Below, in pieces: positions 37,656 to 47,023 of a stretch of 64,000 nucleotides of DNA (the first letter of the stretch is position 1; every line of letters begins with the position of its first letter). The stretch covers positions 26,473-90,472 of the forward strand of contig JBGTEY010000009.1 in the NCBI GenBank assembly GCA_041747555.1, given 5' to 3'. The translations under genes and the position numbers were made by a program. The DNA comes from Patescibacteria group bacterium. Its GTDB lineage: Bacteria; Patescibacteriota; Microgenomatia; UBA1400; PJMF01. Below the pieces are notes generated by a model. It was not told where the DNA came from, did not search any database, and saw only the letters and a list, made by a program, of their open reading frames with translations.

Positions 37656-38651
37656 ATGAAGTTTTTAGTCCTTTCTCATAAAAAGGATCTACACGTCAGA
37701 GCTGTTCAGAAGCATTTCTTGAACAGCTCTGATTTTTTGTTTATAAATCCAGCGTCCAAATCTGATCTTCGATATACCTATACCAGTGATGGTATGCAGG
37801 TTTTTTGCAATAATGAACTAATTCCGCTGTCTGACATACAGGCGGTTTGGACACGGAAGTATTCTTCTGCCGCATTTAGAGATCTCTATACTGAGCAAGA
37901 TACTGATCTAGAAATTCTCCAAAAGAAGCACAAGAGTATGACACAAGTAGCTTTTTTGAGAGAGTTGAGTGCTCATATAAAATTTGCAAATCCAAGCTGC
38001 TTATTTGTTAATTTTTTTCTGGATAACTTGAGAAATGAGTACAGACTGCTCCAACTTACCATGGCAAAAGACATTGGATTTACTATTCCCAACACATTGG
38101 TGTCTGAAAATAAAAAAGAAATTTTGCAGTTCTTAAATAGTCATGCATCCGTCACAAAGAGACTCTATCAGGGGGGTGTCTCATTTGGCAAAATCGGTCA
38201 TTCTTTTGGAACACTTGCGATAACTGCTTCAGATATTAAAAATCCTGATCAAAAATATTATGATTCACCTGTTTTTTTGCAAGAAAACGTTTCAAAAGAA
38301 TATGAATTACGAGTTACCGTGATTGGAAAGAAGATATTTGCCTGTAAGTTCGACAACCAGCGAGATAATTTAGCAGAAAAATCAAAACTCGATTGGAGGT
38401 TTGGCATACGGTCAATTCCGCATACTACTTACAAACTCCCTGAGCAAATTAAAGAAATGTGTTTCACATTACTAAAAAAAATGGGCCTACAATACGGCGC
38501 CATTGACATGATTAAAACCAAAGATGGACGGTATGTTTTCTTAGAAATAAACGCAAACGGCCAATTTCTTTGGATTGAAGAAGCTACGGGCATGGAAATG
38601 AGCAAAGCAATGGCGGAGTTATTGATGAACCCGAAGAAAAATAGACTTTGA
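37656..38651 (+). CDS. ATP-grasp ribosomal peptide maturase (MdnC/MdnB-like graspetide ligase)
   Basis: 331 aa. YELRVTVIGKKIFACKF...DWRFG...YGAIDMIKTKDGRYVFLEINANGQFLWIE closely parallels the MdnC segment LELRITIVGEQIF...DWRK...YGAIDMIVTPDERYIFLEINPVGEFFWLE. Confidence 0.75.
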   Translation: MKFLVLSHKKDLHVRAVQKHFLNSSDFLFINPASKSDLRYTYTSDGMQVFCNNELIPLSDIQAVWTRKYSSAAFRDLYTEQDTDLEILQKKHKSMTQVAFLRELSAHIKFANPSCLFVNFFLDNLRNEYRLLQLTMAKDIGFTIPNTLVSENKKEILQFLNSHASVTKRLYQGGVSFGKIGHSFGTLAITASDIKNPDQKYYDSPVFLQENVSKEYELRVTVIGKKIFACKFDNQRDNLAEKSKLDWRFGIRSIPHTTYKLPEQIKEMCFTLLKKMGLQYGAIDMIKTKDGRYVFLEINANGQFLWIEEATGMEMSKAMAELLMNPKKNRL

Positions 38652-38710
38652 TGTATTAAAATATATAAAAACCCCTTTGTATCTGTTATAATGGTCGAAA
38701 ATAGGACCAT

Positions 38711-39184
38711 ATGAGATCAACAGAACGCAGCTACGGATTTCTCCTTAAACCCATCGACGCAGAGCAACAACCGCTTCGTATCACTGCTGGTGAGCTTCAC
38801 AAGAATCGAGAAGCGTATAAAGACATGGTGGTTGAGGTTTCTGGTATTCTCAGAGCAATTCATTATCAAATGGGCGGGGACAGTAGAATTTCTGTCGTGG
38901 CTGAAGAGTTAGTAGTCAGTAGCGGTTGGCGTCAGTTTTATGTCGTTATTGACGGTTCAGACTTGTCTGTTATGCCTGTTGCCGAACCCCTTAATCGAAA
39001 TCAATGGAAAGATCTTGAGGGAAAGCGAGTTACCATGAAAGTAGCAGTTAGAGAAATCAAGGGTCCGATGAAACTTCTCACCAAACTGAGAAACTCACTC
39101 GTCTCTGATGAGCACAAAGTAACCTGCATTCCTCAAATTTTAGAGTTAGCTGAAGATGACGGTATAAAAATCGAATTGCTGTAG
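38711..39184 (+). CDS. Hypothetical protein
   Basis: ORF only. Confidence 0.4.
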   Translation: MRSTERSYGFLLKPIDAEQQPLRITAGELHKNREAYKDMVVEVSGILRAIHYQMGGDSRISVVAEELVVSSGWRQFYVVIDGSDLSVMPVAEPLNRNQWKDLEGKRVTMKVAVREIKGPMKLLTKLRNSLVSDEHKVTCIPQILELAEDDGIKIELL

Positions 39185-39235
39185 TAAGGCGCAAAGTTCG
39201 TTGCGGCACTCTACAGGACTTTCCGATAAGCTACA

Positions 39236-42200
39236 TCACCCACCCTGAACATACGAATTCTTAATTCGAATTTTTCCGCGCTTAAACTCGATTTTGATGT
39301 CAATTTTTGGATCTCTTCCTCTTCTTGAATTGAGTAAACTGACCGCGAAGCGTTGGAAATCTTGGTCAGCGAGACATTTTTTTACAATCAAAGCAAAATC
39401 TTGAGAGAGGCCATCGCTGGTGTCTGTAAGTTGAGCTGAAAACGTTTTTCCATCTGGTTGTATTCTTAGTGCTATTTCCAAATTTTTTGTGAGTGAATCG
39501 CCACTAGCATCGGTAAACGTACCTACATCTGTGGTTAGATTATAAATAAGAAGTGAGCTCAAGATTATTTCTTCTCGATACATCATGTCATTTCTTAACA
39601 TTAAATTTTCTTGATCGACGGTAATTTGTTCTTCAACTGATTGTATTGGTCCCTCTGCATTTATGGGTGGTTTCTCTGGTGCTTCTGCTGCGTCAAGTTG
39701 AACATCGCGTTCATTCAGCCAGATGTTAACTCCTGCCTGGACATCGGGGCCTCTGAAGCCAAGAGCCACGGCATTTTCAACGCCATTTCTAAGGAGTGCC
39801 TCTCTGGCTTTGGTGGGCAGCTGGGCGAGTTTTAACTTGCTAAACGGTGAGGATGAGTCAAAATTCGCTGCTGCTGCAGTGCCTAAGAACATAATATTTG
39901 GATGATTTTTGAGCGTGTCTGCTACTGGTACTGCTTTCCCTGGTAGTGTCAGGGGTTCTCTGGCTGAAGTGGGTGTGTTTGCTTTTCTTATATCCATGGT
40001 GTCGCCCTGCTCAAGGAGTGGTGCAAGTACTTTATCCAAATTTGGTTTAAAGCCAGCAGTTGATACAACACGGTCTGCTTTTATGACGTTGCCAATTTTA
40101 TCTTTGATCGCCTGACCGCTGCCATCGAACACTGAGAGTTTTTCTGGATCATCCTCTGCCTCATCAACATCATCCACTCTAGTTCTGATTTGTTCGACCA
40201 ACGCTTTGTTTCCGTTCCTGCCTTTGACGTCGGTAATTCTTGCGTATCTAGGTCGTTTACTGAGATCTGTATTCGAGATTATATATATTTTCTCTATATT
40301 TCTGATAGCGTTGTTGTCCCCTTGAGCGAATATCCCTGCAAGATATTCGATGAGTACGTCTGCAGAGTTACCACTACCAATGATTACGATAGTTTCTCCA
40401 ATGTCTCTTTCTTTCTCACCCTTTCTATTGGCTATCTCATTGAAGTAATCAAGGGTTGAGGAGAGTAGTTTTTTGCCTTTTCGAGTCGTTTTGTTTACGA
40501 TTTTTTCTGCACGCTTACCTTTGGTGTCAAATCCTAGCGTTGACTCTCCGAGACCTGATGAAATAAATACGCCATCCGTTCGCACAGTTTTTGTAAGAAC
40601 TGTTCCATCTGCCTGAGTTATTGCTAGATCTGCGAGGTACATTCCTCGTTGGTTTGAATCCGTGTTTTCTCGAATGCTGGTAACTACTGTTTTTAGTAAT
40701 GCTTTTTTAACAAGAAGTGCAGCTTGTGCTTGTACTAACGCTGCCAATTCTTCGTTGGTGGGATACTGATTTAAGGATAAATTGTCAGTGGTGGGTAGAA
40801 AATCGACTGTAGTATTGATGCTCCCCGTTCGTACTGCACTGCCCTCATTTCTTTCACCCGGATAAATTCTCAAGGGGGAACCAAACCCTCGCACTGTTTC
40901 CTTTTCGGGCACTGGTGGTAAATCGGGCAACCGAATTCCTTCTTTTCTTCTATTTGCACTGTTAAGTTCCCATGCAGCACCTCCAGGAATCGCAAACGGT
41001 CCACCGGGTTGTTCACCTTGATCCACAAACAGTGTATTAGCGAGTAAGCCAGGGTTTTGTCGCGCAAGTTCACCAGCAGCATTCACACCATTTGGCCCAA
41101 GTCCGATTTGTAGGAGCGGAACATAGTCATTGTCATTGAGTGATTCTTCAGTTTTTTTAGATAGTGATTCAAAGTGGTGCCGTAAGTAGGTATCTGTGAC
41201 CGCAAATTCTTGACTAAGAATTGCTACAAGGTGTGGGTTCATGACAGTCATCAATTCCACTGATCGAATATATTCTTCCTCAGTAGGAGAAAGCTCTCTT
41301 TGCGCGCGAAGCTCATTGAGTCGCTGGGTATATAAGAGTTTTGGATCAGATCCGGTGACACGTCCGGTGATCGGATCAATTTCTCTCATTAAATAGCGAT
41401 TAATTTGAGTCGCCGATGTTGGTGATGCTCTTAAAGTTTGAAACAGAGGCTGAAACACTTCAGAAAAATTACCGCCTAAAAACCTGAGAGCTGCTTTATT
41501 TCTATCTAAGCTCGGCTCAAGATACCTGATCGCAAGTTGATCTTGGAGTTGCTGTCTAAGATCGCCGGCGATACTTGTATCAAAGAAATCAGCATCTTCT
41601 GCAGCGATGAAGGTTGTGAATTCAGATTCAAGTAAAGTTTGAATTTGAGAAGCTACAACTCTAGATTCTTTTAGATTTGGATTTGGAACAAAACCAGATC
41701 GAATACGATCGAGTACTGCTTGCGGATTTCCAGACCGAAATTGACTCCGAATCTCATTTGCCTCTGCTAGTAATTTGTAGACCATAAGTTGGTTGGACAG
41801 CTCAACAGCGTCTTCTCTAATTTTTTGCACCTCACCAAAAAAATCGTATCCATTTACACTTGGCTGAATTGGAAATGAATCTAAAGCAAGCAGAACTGCT
41901 TCTGGAGAAAAGGCAATTCCATTTGAAAACTCATTAGAAATTGTTATCTTCAGGTCATTTATTAATCGTTTATACATTATTACTCGCAAAAAGTTTCCGA
42001 GTTTTACGTCATTTGGTGATTCGCTTTTCTCAAGCTGAGTGACCGTTACTAGGCCGGTGCCTCCATTTTTGATCTCTTGAGCAAAAGAAATGATTTTTCT
42101 TCTTCGTCTAGATTGGTAGGCAATAACAATTAATTCACGAACGACGGCGGTTTCTTCACTATTTCGTGCGTTAAATGAATTTACTGCATTTATTTGACTG

Positions 42201-43441
42201 TCGAATGGATCGCTTTCAGTTCTTTCAAATGAGAAAAAAACTTGCTCTAAGTTCAGTATTCGGATGAGCGAGGCGACTTCGGTAAAGATGGCTACTGCTT
42301 CTTCATATAATGCAATGGACTCTCTCCTGATAATGAGGAGAAAACTATCCATTGTTTTGGGTGCTTCAGTTAATTGAGCAAATTCATTTTTTACGAGGTC
42401 AAACGAGGCTTTATATTGTGGGGAGAGTTTAGTTTCAAAATCTGCTACACGGTTTCCTATTTCCAGCAAGTCAGATTGATTTTCGCGTAATGCATTAACA
42501 CTCTCTACACTCGGCTCGTCTTCATAATCTGTGCCAGCCATCTCAATTCCAAAAGTTCTTTTAATAGTAGCTGGTATGGTGATGTCGTTTCCATCTGAGC
42601 TAGCGAAATATTCGTTACCTCTTTGATTTCTTTTTATAAAATTTGATTGAAAAAGCACATCTTTAACACGAGGAGTGAGTAATTCATTACCTAATAGTGC
42701 CTTTAAGAAAAAAATTGAGGCTTCCACATCAGTCTGACTTTTTCCAGACGCTTGTTCGTCTAAAACGGAGTCAATGAGTTCTAAAATCTCTTTCTGATTT
42801 TCTCGAAGTACATTGACGCTATCTTCGGTCGGCTCGTCGTCATAGTCAAGCCGAACCATTTGTATTCCATACTTACTTCTCACTTGAGTTGATATAAAGA
42901 CATCGTTTCCATCTGAATTTGCGTAATAATCTTCTCCAGTATTTGTTTTCCTGACAAAAGTAGATCGAAATAGTACATCCTGAACTGGTGGAGAGAGTTT
43001 GCCTTCAAGTCTATCTTCAATGAGGCTGAGAGACGTTTCAATCTGCCTCTTTTCATCTAGCAGGGACATTTTTTCACTCAAAATTTTTCGGAGAACGTCG
43101 AAGACTTCGGCATTCTTCTGTCTAAATCGATCAACACTTTCTACCGTGGGCTCGTCGTCAAATTCAGTCCGAACCATTTCTATACCAAGCGTTCTTTGAA
43201 GTGGTGGGGGAAAGTTAACGTCGTTTCCTGTATCAGAAATATAGTACCTGACACCTCCAACGACATTAATTCGTGTCGAGGTAAGAAGTATATTGACTTG
43301 CGCAGCAGATAGCCGAGAGTTTAGTATTGCATCCAAAACAAACAAACTTTCCTGACTTTTATTTAGCAGTTTAGCCACTTCTGGTGAAGATTGTTCCTGT
43401 TCTTGTAGAGGTTCTCGGAGCGTAAAAGTGTTTTCAAGCAT
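39236..43441 (-). CDS. Giant multidomain protein (1401 aa): N-terminal 3x ~110-aa tandem repeats plus a C-terminal class-B flavoprotein (N-hydroxylating monooxygenase-like) domain
   Basis: Three tandem units share ...DGNDV.I......G I(E/Q)M.....(D/E)DEP(T/S)(V/E)(E/D)SV...R(E/Q)N.... FAD-like motif IGLGPNGVNAAGELA (GxGxxN/G). NAD(P)-like motif IVIIGSGNSADVLIEYL (GxGxxA). ATG-like motif VVSTAGFKPN. These three match the SidA/PvdA/IucD-type NMO fingerprints. Confidence 0.6.
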   Translation of the reverse strand: MLENTFTLREPLQEQEQSSPEVAKLLNKSQESLFVLDAILNSRLSAAQVNILLTSTRINVVGGVRYYISDTGNDVNFPPPLQRTLGIEMVRTEFDDEPTVESVDRFRQKNAEVFDVLRKILSEKMSLLDEKRQIETSLSLIEDRLEGKLSPPVQDVLFRSTFVRKTNTGEDYYANSDGNDVFISTQVRSKYGIQMVRLDYDDEPTEDSVNVLRENQKEILELIDSVLDEQASGKSQTDVEASIFFLKALLGNELLTPRVKDVLFQSNFIKRNQRGNEYFASSDGNDITIPATIKRTFGIEMAGTDYEDEPSVESVNALRENQSDLLEIGNRVADFETKLSPQYKASFDLVKNEFAQLTEAPKTMDSFLLIIRRESIALYEEAVAIFTEVASLIRILNLEQVFFSFERTESDPFDSQINAVNSFNARNSEETAVVRELIVIAYQSRRRRKIISFAQEIKNGGTGLVTVTQLEKSESPNDVKLGNFLRVIMYKRLINDLKITISNEFSNGIAFSPEAVLLALDSFPIQPSVNGYDFFGEVQKIREDAVELSNQLMVYKLLAEANEIRSQFRSGNPQAVLDRIRSGFVPNPNLKESRVVASQIQTLLESEFTTFIAAEDADFFDTSIAGDLRQQLQDQLAIRYLEPSLDRNKAALRFLGGNFSEVFQPLFQTLRASPTSATQINRYLMREIDPITGRVTGSDPKLLYTQRLNELRAQRELSPTEEEYIRSVELMTVMNPHLVAILSQEFAVTDTYLRHHFESLSKKTEESLNDNDYVPLLQIGLGPNGVNAAGELARQNPGLLANTLFVDQGEQPGGPFAIPGGAAWELNSANRRKEGIRLPDLPPVPEKETVRGFGSPLRIYPGERNEGSAVRTGSINTTVDFLPTTDNLSLNQYPTNEELAALVQAQAALLVKKALLKTVVTSIRENTDSNQRGMYLADLAITQADGTVLTKTVRTDGVFISSGLGESTLGFDTKGKRAEKIVNKTTRKGKKLLSSTLDYFNEIANRKGEKERDIGETIVIIGSGNSADVLIEYLAGIFAQGDNNAIRNIEKIYIISNTDLSKRPRYARITDVKGRNGNKALVEQIRTRVDDVDEAEDDPEKLSVFDGSGQAIKDKIGNVIKADRVVSTAGFKPNLDKVLAPLLEQGDTMDIRKANTPTSAREPLTLPGKAVPVADTLKNHPNIMFLGTAAAANFDSSSPFSKLKLAQLPTKAREALLRNGVENAVALGFRGPDVQAGVNIWLNERDVQLDAAEAPEKPPINAEGPIQSVEEQITVDQENLMLRNDMMYREEIILSSLLIYNLTTDVGTFTDASGDSLTKNLEIALRIQPDGKTFSAQLTDTSDGLSQDFALIVKKCLADQDFQRFAVSLLNSRRGRDPKIDIKIEFKRGKIRIKNSYVQGG
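42286..43336. repeat. Three in-frame tandem DNA repeats (~330 bp each) encoding the N-terminal repeat units of the giant protein
   Basis: Recurring DNA blocks, for example ...gacgctatcttcggtcggctcgtcgtcatagtcaagccgaaccatttg... and ...cactttctaccgtgggctcgtcgtcaaattcagtccgaaccatttc.... These are coding repeats, not CRISPR. Confidence 0.6.
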
Positions 43442-43515
43442 AAGACATCAAATAAAATCCATACAATCACTATATAGATTGATACGTGCTGTGTGAAGAA
43501 GATTTATGGGAATAT

Positions 43516-44745
43516 TTAATTATCGCCAACGTGTGGAGTAGTGCATACAACTCGTGACACTTCCTCAGCAAGGTTGGGTAAAAAGACACTCGGGATAATC
43601 TCTGATTCTGTAGGGTTTGGAACGAGTCCTGCGATCGCATTTGATGCTGCAATTTTCATCTCATCAGTTATGACGGTCAATTTATGCGCAACAACTGCTT
43701 TAAAAATCCCAGGAAATGCCAAAACGTTATTTATTTGATTTGGAAAATCACTTCTCCCCGTGGCAACAACTTTTGCTCCTACCGCATACGCTTCATCGGG
43801 CATGATTTCTGGTGTAGGGTTGGCAAGTGCAAAGACAATTGGATTATGTGACATGCTGACAACCATTTCTGAAGTAATTGTTCCTGGTCGAGAAACACCA
43901 ATTACTACATCTGCGTCAACTACAGCATCAGCCGCCGATCCATCAATGTTGCGTCTGTTCGAAATTTCTGCAAAAGATTCTTTAAACGTATTCAGATTAG
44001 ATCTTCCAGAAACAATCGTCCCTTGAGAATCAACCAGGATGATATCAGAAACAGGACCTGACGAATGGAGCAAAAATTTGGCAACAGAAAGACCTGCCGC
44101 TCCAGCACCAATCACGACTACTTTCAATGATGAATAGGGTTTGTTGACGACTTTGGCAGCATTAATGAGTGCTGCTCGTACAACAATCGCCGTCCCGTGC
44201 TGATCATCGTGGAATACGGGAATACCAATATCTTGTAGCGCAGTCTCAATGTAAAAACACTTGGGTGCCGCAATATCCTCGAGATTGACTCCTGCAAAAG
44301 TAGGCGCAACTTGCCGCACAAACTTGATAATCTCATCTGGATCTTGCGTATCAATCACCAGTGGAAATGCATCGACACCACCAAATTGCTTGATGAGAAG
44401 TGCTTTTCCCTCCATGACGGGGAGTGCAGCTTCCGCACCAATGTTTCCAAGACCGAGCACTGCTGAGCCGTCTGAGATGACGGCAATGGTTCTGCCTTTG
44501 AGCGTGAGGTCGTAGGCTAATTTTTTATCAGTTGCAATTTCACGACTGGGGTCTGCGACACCTGGAGTATAGGCAAGGGGTAGTGTGTCTTTGGTGAGGT
44601 GGCCATTGAGGCTGACCACACCTAGTTTGCCTTGATGGGTTTGGTGGTACAGGAGCGCAGGGTTGGTGTTGTTATTCACAAAGGGAGTATACATCATTCT
44701 GCTGACTGGTAAATCTTCTAGAAAATGCGGTATACTAAGCACCAT
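43516..44745 (-). CDS. NAD(P)-dependent malic enzyme (short, MaeB-like form)
   Basis: YTPGVADP, the NAD(P)-binding motif VVIGAGAAGLSVAKFL, and the malic-enzyme core FHDDQHGTAIV. The true start is probably MMYTPF at about 44697. Confidence 0.8.
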   Translation of the reverse strand: MVLSIPHFLEDLPVSRMMYTPFVNNNTNPALLYHQTHQGKLGVVSLNGHLTKDTLPLAYTPGVADPSREIATDKKLAYDLTLKGRTIAVISDGSAVLGLGNIGAEAALPVMEGKALLIKQFGGVDAFPLVIDTQDPDEIIKFVRQVAPTFAGVNLEDIAAPKCFYIETALQDIGIPVFHDDQHGTAIVVRAALINAAKVVNKPYSSLKVVVIGAGAAGLSVAKFLLHSSGPVSDIILVDSQGTIVSGRSNLNTFKESFAEISNRRNIDGSAADAVVDADVVIGVSRPGTITSEMVVSMSHNPIVFALANPTPEIMPDEAYAVGAKVVATGRSDFPNQINNVLAFPGIFKAVVAHKLTVITDEMKIAASNAIAGLVPNPTESEIIPSVFLPNLAEEVSRVVCTTPHVGDN

Positions 44746-44750
44746 CCAGA

Positions 44751-45788
44751 GTGGATATAAAGTATTTTACGAAACACAGTATGAGCAAAGCATCAATTTC
44801 TTCACATCTAAAAAGTTCAATTCGCCTCTTCCTGACTGGTTTTGGGATGGGATCGGCCGATATCGTGCCTGGAGTATCGGGAGGAACAGTTGCGTTTATC
44901 ATGGGTATTTATGAAGAATTGATTCAAAGTATCAAAACAGTGAGCGGCGAAGTTCCCAAGCTATTTTTGCAAGGCAAATTTCGTGAAGCTTGGGAGAAAA
45001 TTCCATTTGCATTCTTGATTCCGCTCGCGATTGGGTTGTTTACCGCAGTGTTATCTCTTTCGAATGCTGTTTCCTATCTTTTGCAAACGTATCCCGAATT
45101 TTTATGGTCATTCTTCTTTGGATTGATCGTCGCGTCGGTGATGATCGTACGCAAGCGTGTTGTAACCTGGAATACACATGATTATGCTGCAGTAGTGTTA
45201 ATGACAGTTGTTGCCTATGTAGTAGTTGGTGCAGTTCCTGTGGAAACCCCAAACACGTTATTAGCGCTTTTTCTCAGCGGTGCGATTGCAATTTGTGCCA
45301 TGATTTTACCTGGTATATCAGGTTCTTTCTTGCTGGTGATTATGGGAAAGTATGAGCAAGTTTTAATGGCGATTAATTCACGCGACTTCTTGTCACTTGC
45401 TGTTTTTGGCCTTGGTACGGTGGTAGGTCTTGGATTATTTTCTCGCGTACTCAGTTGGCTGTTCAAAAAGCATCATGACGTGGTAATTGCGATGCTCATG
45501 GGATTCATGGTGGGTTCACTCAGAAAAGTCTGGCCATGGAAAGAAGTCCTTTTGACCAGAATTAATAGTCATGGGGAACTGGTTCCGGTGGTTGAGCAGA
45601 ATATATTGCCTGGGCAATTTAATACTGATGTTCTGTTTTCAATTGCATTAATGATTCTTGGATATCTTCTCGTAACCATGCTCGATAAAGTTCACGTTAC
45701 CAAAGAGTATGTCAAAGACATCGATGACAAACAATTCGTCAAAGAGCACGCAGAGGCCATCAAATCTCAAAAATCTGGTGAGTTATAA
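44751..45788 (+). CDS. DUF368-family integral membrane protein
   Basis: GFGMGSADIVPGVSGGTV and ILPGISGSFLLVIMG (PGxSxSG motifs), with multiple TM helices. The start may be at 44781 (MSKASISS). Confidence 0.55.
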   Translation: MDIKYFTKHSMSKASISSHLKSSIRLFLTGFGMGSADIVPGVSGGTVAFIMGIYEELIQSIKTVSGEVPKLFLQGKFREAWEKIPFAFLIPLAIGLFTAVLSLSNAVSYLLQTYPEFLWSFFFGLIVASVMIVRKRVVTWNTHDYAAVVLMTVVAYVVVGAVPVETPNTLLALFLSGAIAICAMILPGISGSFLLVIMGKYEQVLMAINSRDFLSLAVFGLGTVVGLGLFSRVLSWLFKKHHDVVIAMLMGFMVGSLRKVWPWKEVLLTRINSHGELVPVVEQNILPGQFNTDVLFSIALMILGYLLVTMLDKVHVTKEYVKDIDDKQFVKEHAEAIKSQKSGEL

Positions 45789-45799
45789 TCCCCAGTATC

Positions 45800-46972
45800 A
45801 TGGTCGCCAAAAAAACACTCACGCTCCTCAAAAAATACTGCAATCTCGATACGTCGCGTGCTGATGGTGCAGAATACAGCGCAGTTGTTGATCTTCTGGA
45901 ACCTGAACTGCAAAAATCAGGGTTCATCACGGAGCGCATCGAAATTCCCGAACAAGTCGCACGCGCCAAAAATCGTGTCAATCTCCTGGCAGAACTAATC
46001 CGTGACCCAGAATTACCAACGCTCCTAATTTATAACCACATCGATGTCGTTCCGGCAAATTATGACGGTGCCTTTGATCTGCAGATTAAAAACGGTCGCG
46101 CCTACGCTAGAGGCACGGCTGATCATAAGGGTTCAACGGTGGCCGTGCTCGACGCACTTTCCAAAATCGATCGCACTAAACTCCGATTTAATCTCAAGCT
46201 CATCCTCACAACAGACGAAGAAACCGATCAACTTGCACAGCTAGAATATTTAGAAAAATACCTTCACATCAATCCAAAAAACACTCTTTGTTATGACCCA
46301 GACACCTTTGCGGGAGGTATTACCACTGCGCATTTGGGTTTATATCAGGCGGTGATTACGGTAATTGGTACATCGGTACACAGCGGTATGAGCCACATGG
46401 GAGAGAATGCAATCGAGCAGTTGATGAGTTTGTATCCGACCTTCGCGAAACTTTCAAAGCAGTATTCAAGCATCAAAAGTAATGCAGTTACATTTCCAAA
46501 AGATGGCAAGAGTGATGTGGTGCGTTCGGGCTTCAACTGCAATGTGATTGCGGGAGGATTGGCCGGAAATATAATTCCAGATCAAGTAGCCCTCACAATA
46601 GACGCACGCTTTGCACCAGAATTGGATGTTGAGGAAGAAGTTGCAAAGATTAAAAAGGAAGTTGCAGCAGCGGCCAAAAAACAAAACGTCCAACTCTCAA
46701 TCCAAGATGGTGAGCAGTTCGAAGGCCACGCCTCGGCTCACCCAGAAATCAAAAAACTTGAGAACGTTCTCAAATCATGCACCGGAGAAAGCGGCCAGTT
46801 CTGCGTACCGGGTTCAACGCCCGTCGCTCAGTGGACCAAAAATCTAGGCATACCGCACTTTGGTTTGGGAGTGGCGCGGTATGAATCAAACATGCATGGA
46901 ATCGACGAAAATTGCGAACTTTCCGACATCGAAGCGCTCAGTACTATTCTGCGCATGTATTTGACAGAGTAG
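45800..46972 (+). CDS. M20-family metallopeptidase (ArgE/DapE/succinyl-DAP-desuccinylase-like)
   Basis: HIDVVP, RGTADHKG (similar to RGAADDKG), and an acidic TTDEET stretch. Confidence 0.7.
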   Translation: MVAKKTLTLLKKYCNLDTSRADGAEYSAVVDLLEPELQKSGFITERIEIPEQVARAKNRVNLLAELIRDPELPTLLIYNHIDVVPANYDGAFDLQIKNGRAYARGTADHKGSTVAVLDALSKIDRTKLRFNLKLILTTDEETDQLAQLEYLEKYLHINPKNTLCYDPDTFAGGITTAHLGLYQAVITVIGTSVHSGMSHMGENAIEQLMSLYPTFAKLSKQYSSIKSNAVTFPKDGKSDVVRSGFNCNVIAGGLAGNIIPDQVALTIDARFAPELDVEEEVAKIKKEVAAAAKKQNVQLSIQDGEQFEGHASAHPEIKKLENVLKSCTGESGQFCVPGSTPVAQWTKNLGIPHFGLGVARYESNMHGIDENCELSDIEALSTILRMYLTE

Positions 46973-47023
46973 CCTATTTTGATGCTATAATAATTTTGCA
47001 TAGTAACCTAGTATAGGAACAAT

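Noticed and set aside
42286-43336. Three evenly spaced ~330-bp DNA repeats that could be mistaken for a repeat array or CRISPR
   Set aside because: Repeat units are long (~330 bp), in-frame, and translate into homologous protein modules within one continuous 1401-aa ORF. No short repeat-spacer architecture and no cas genes.
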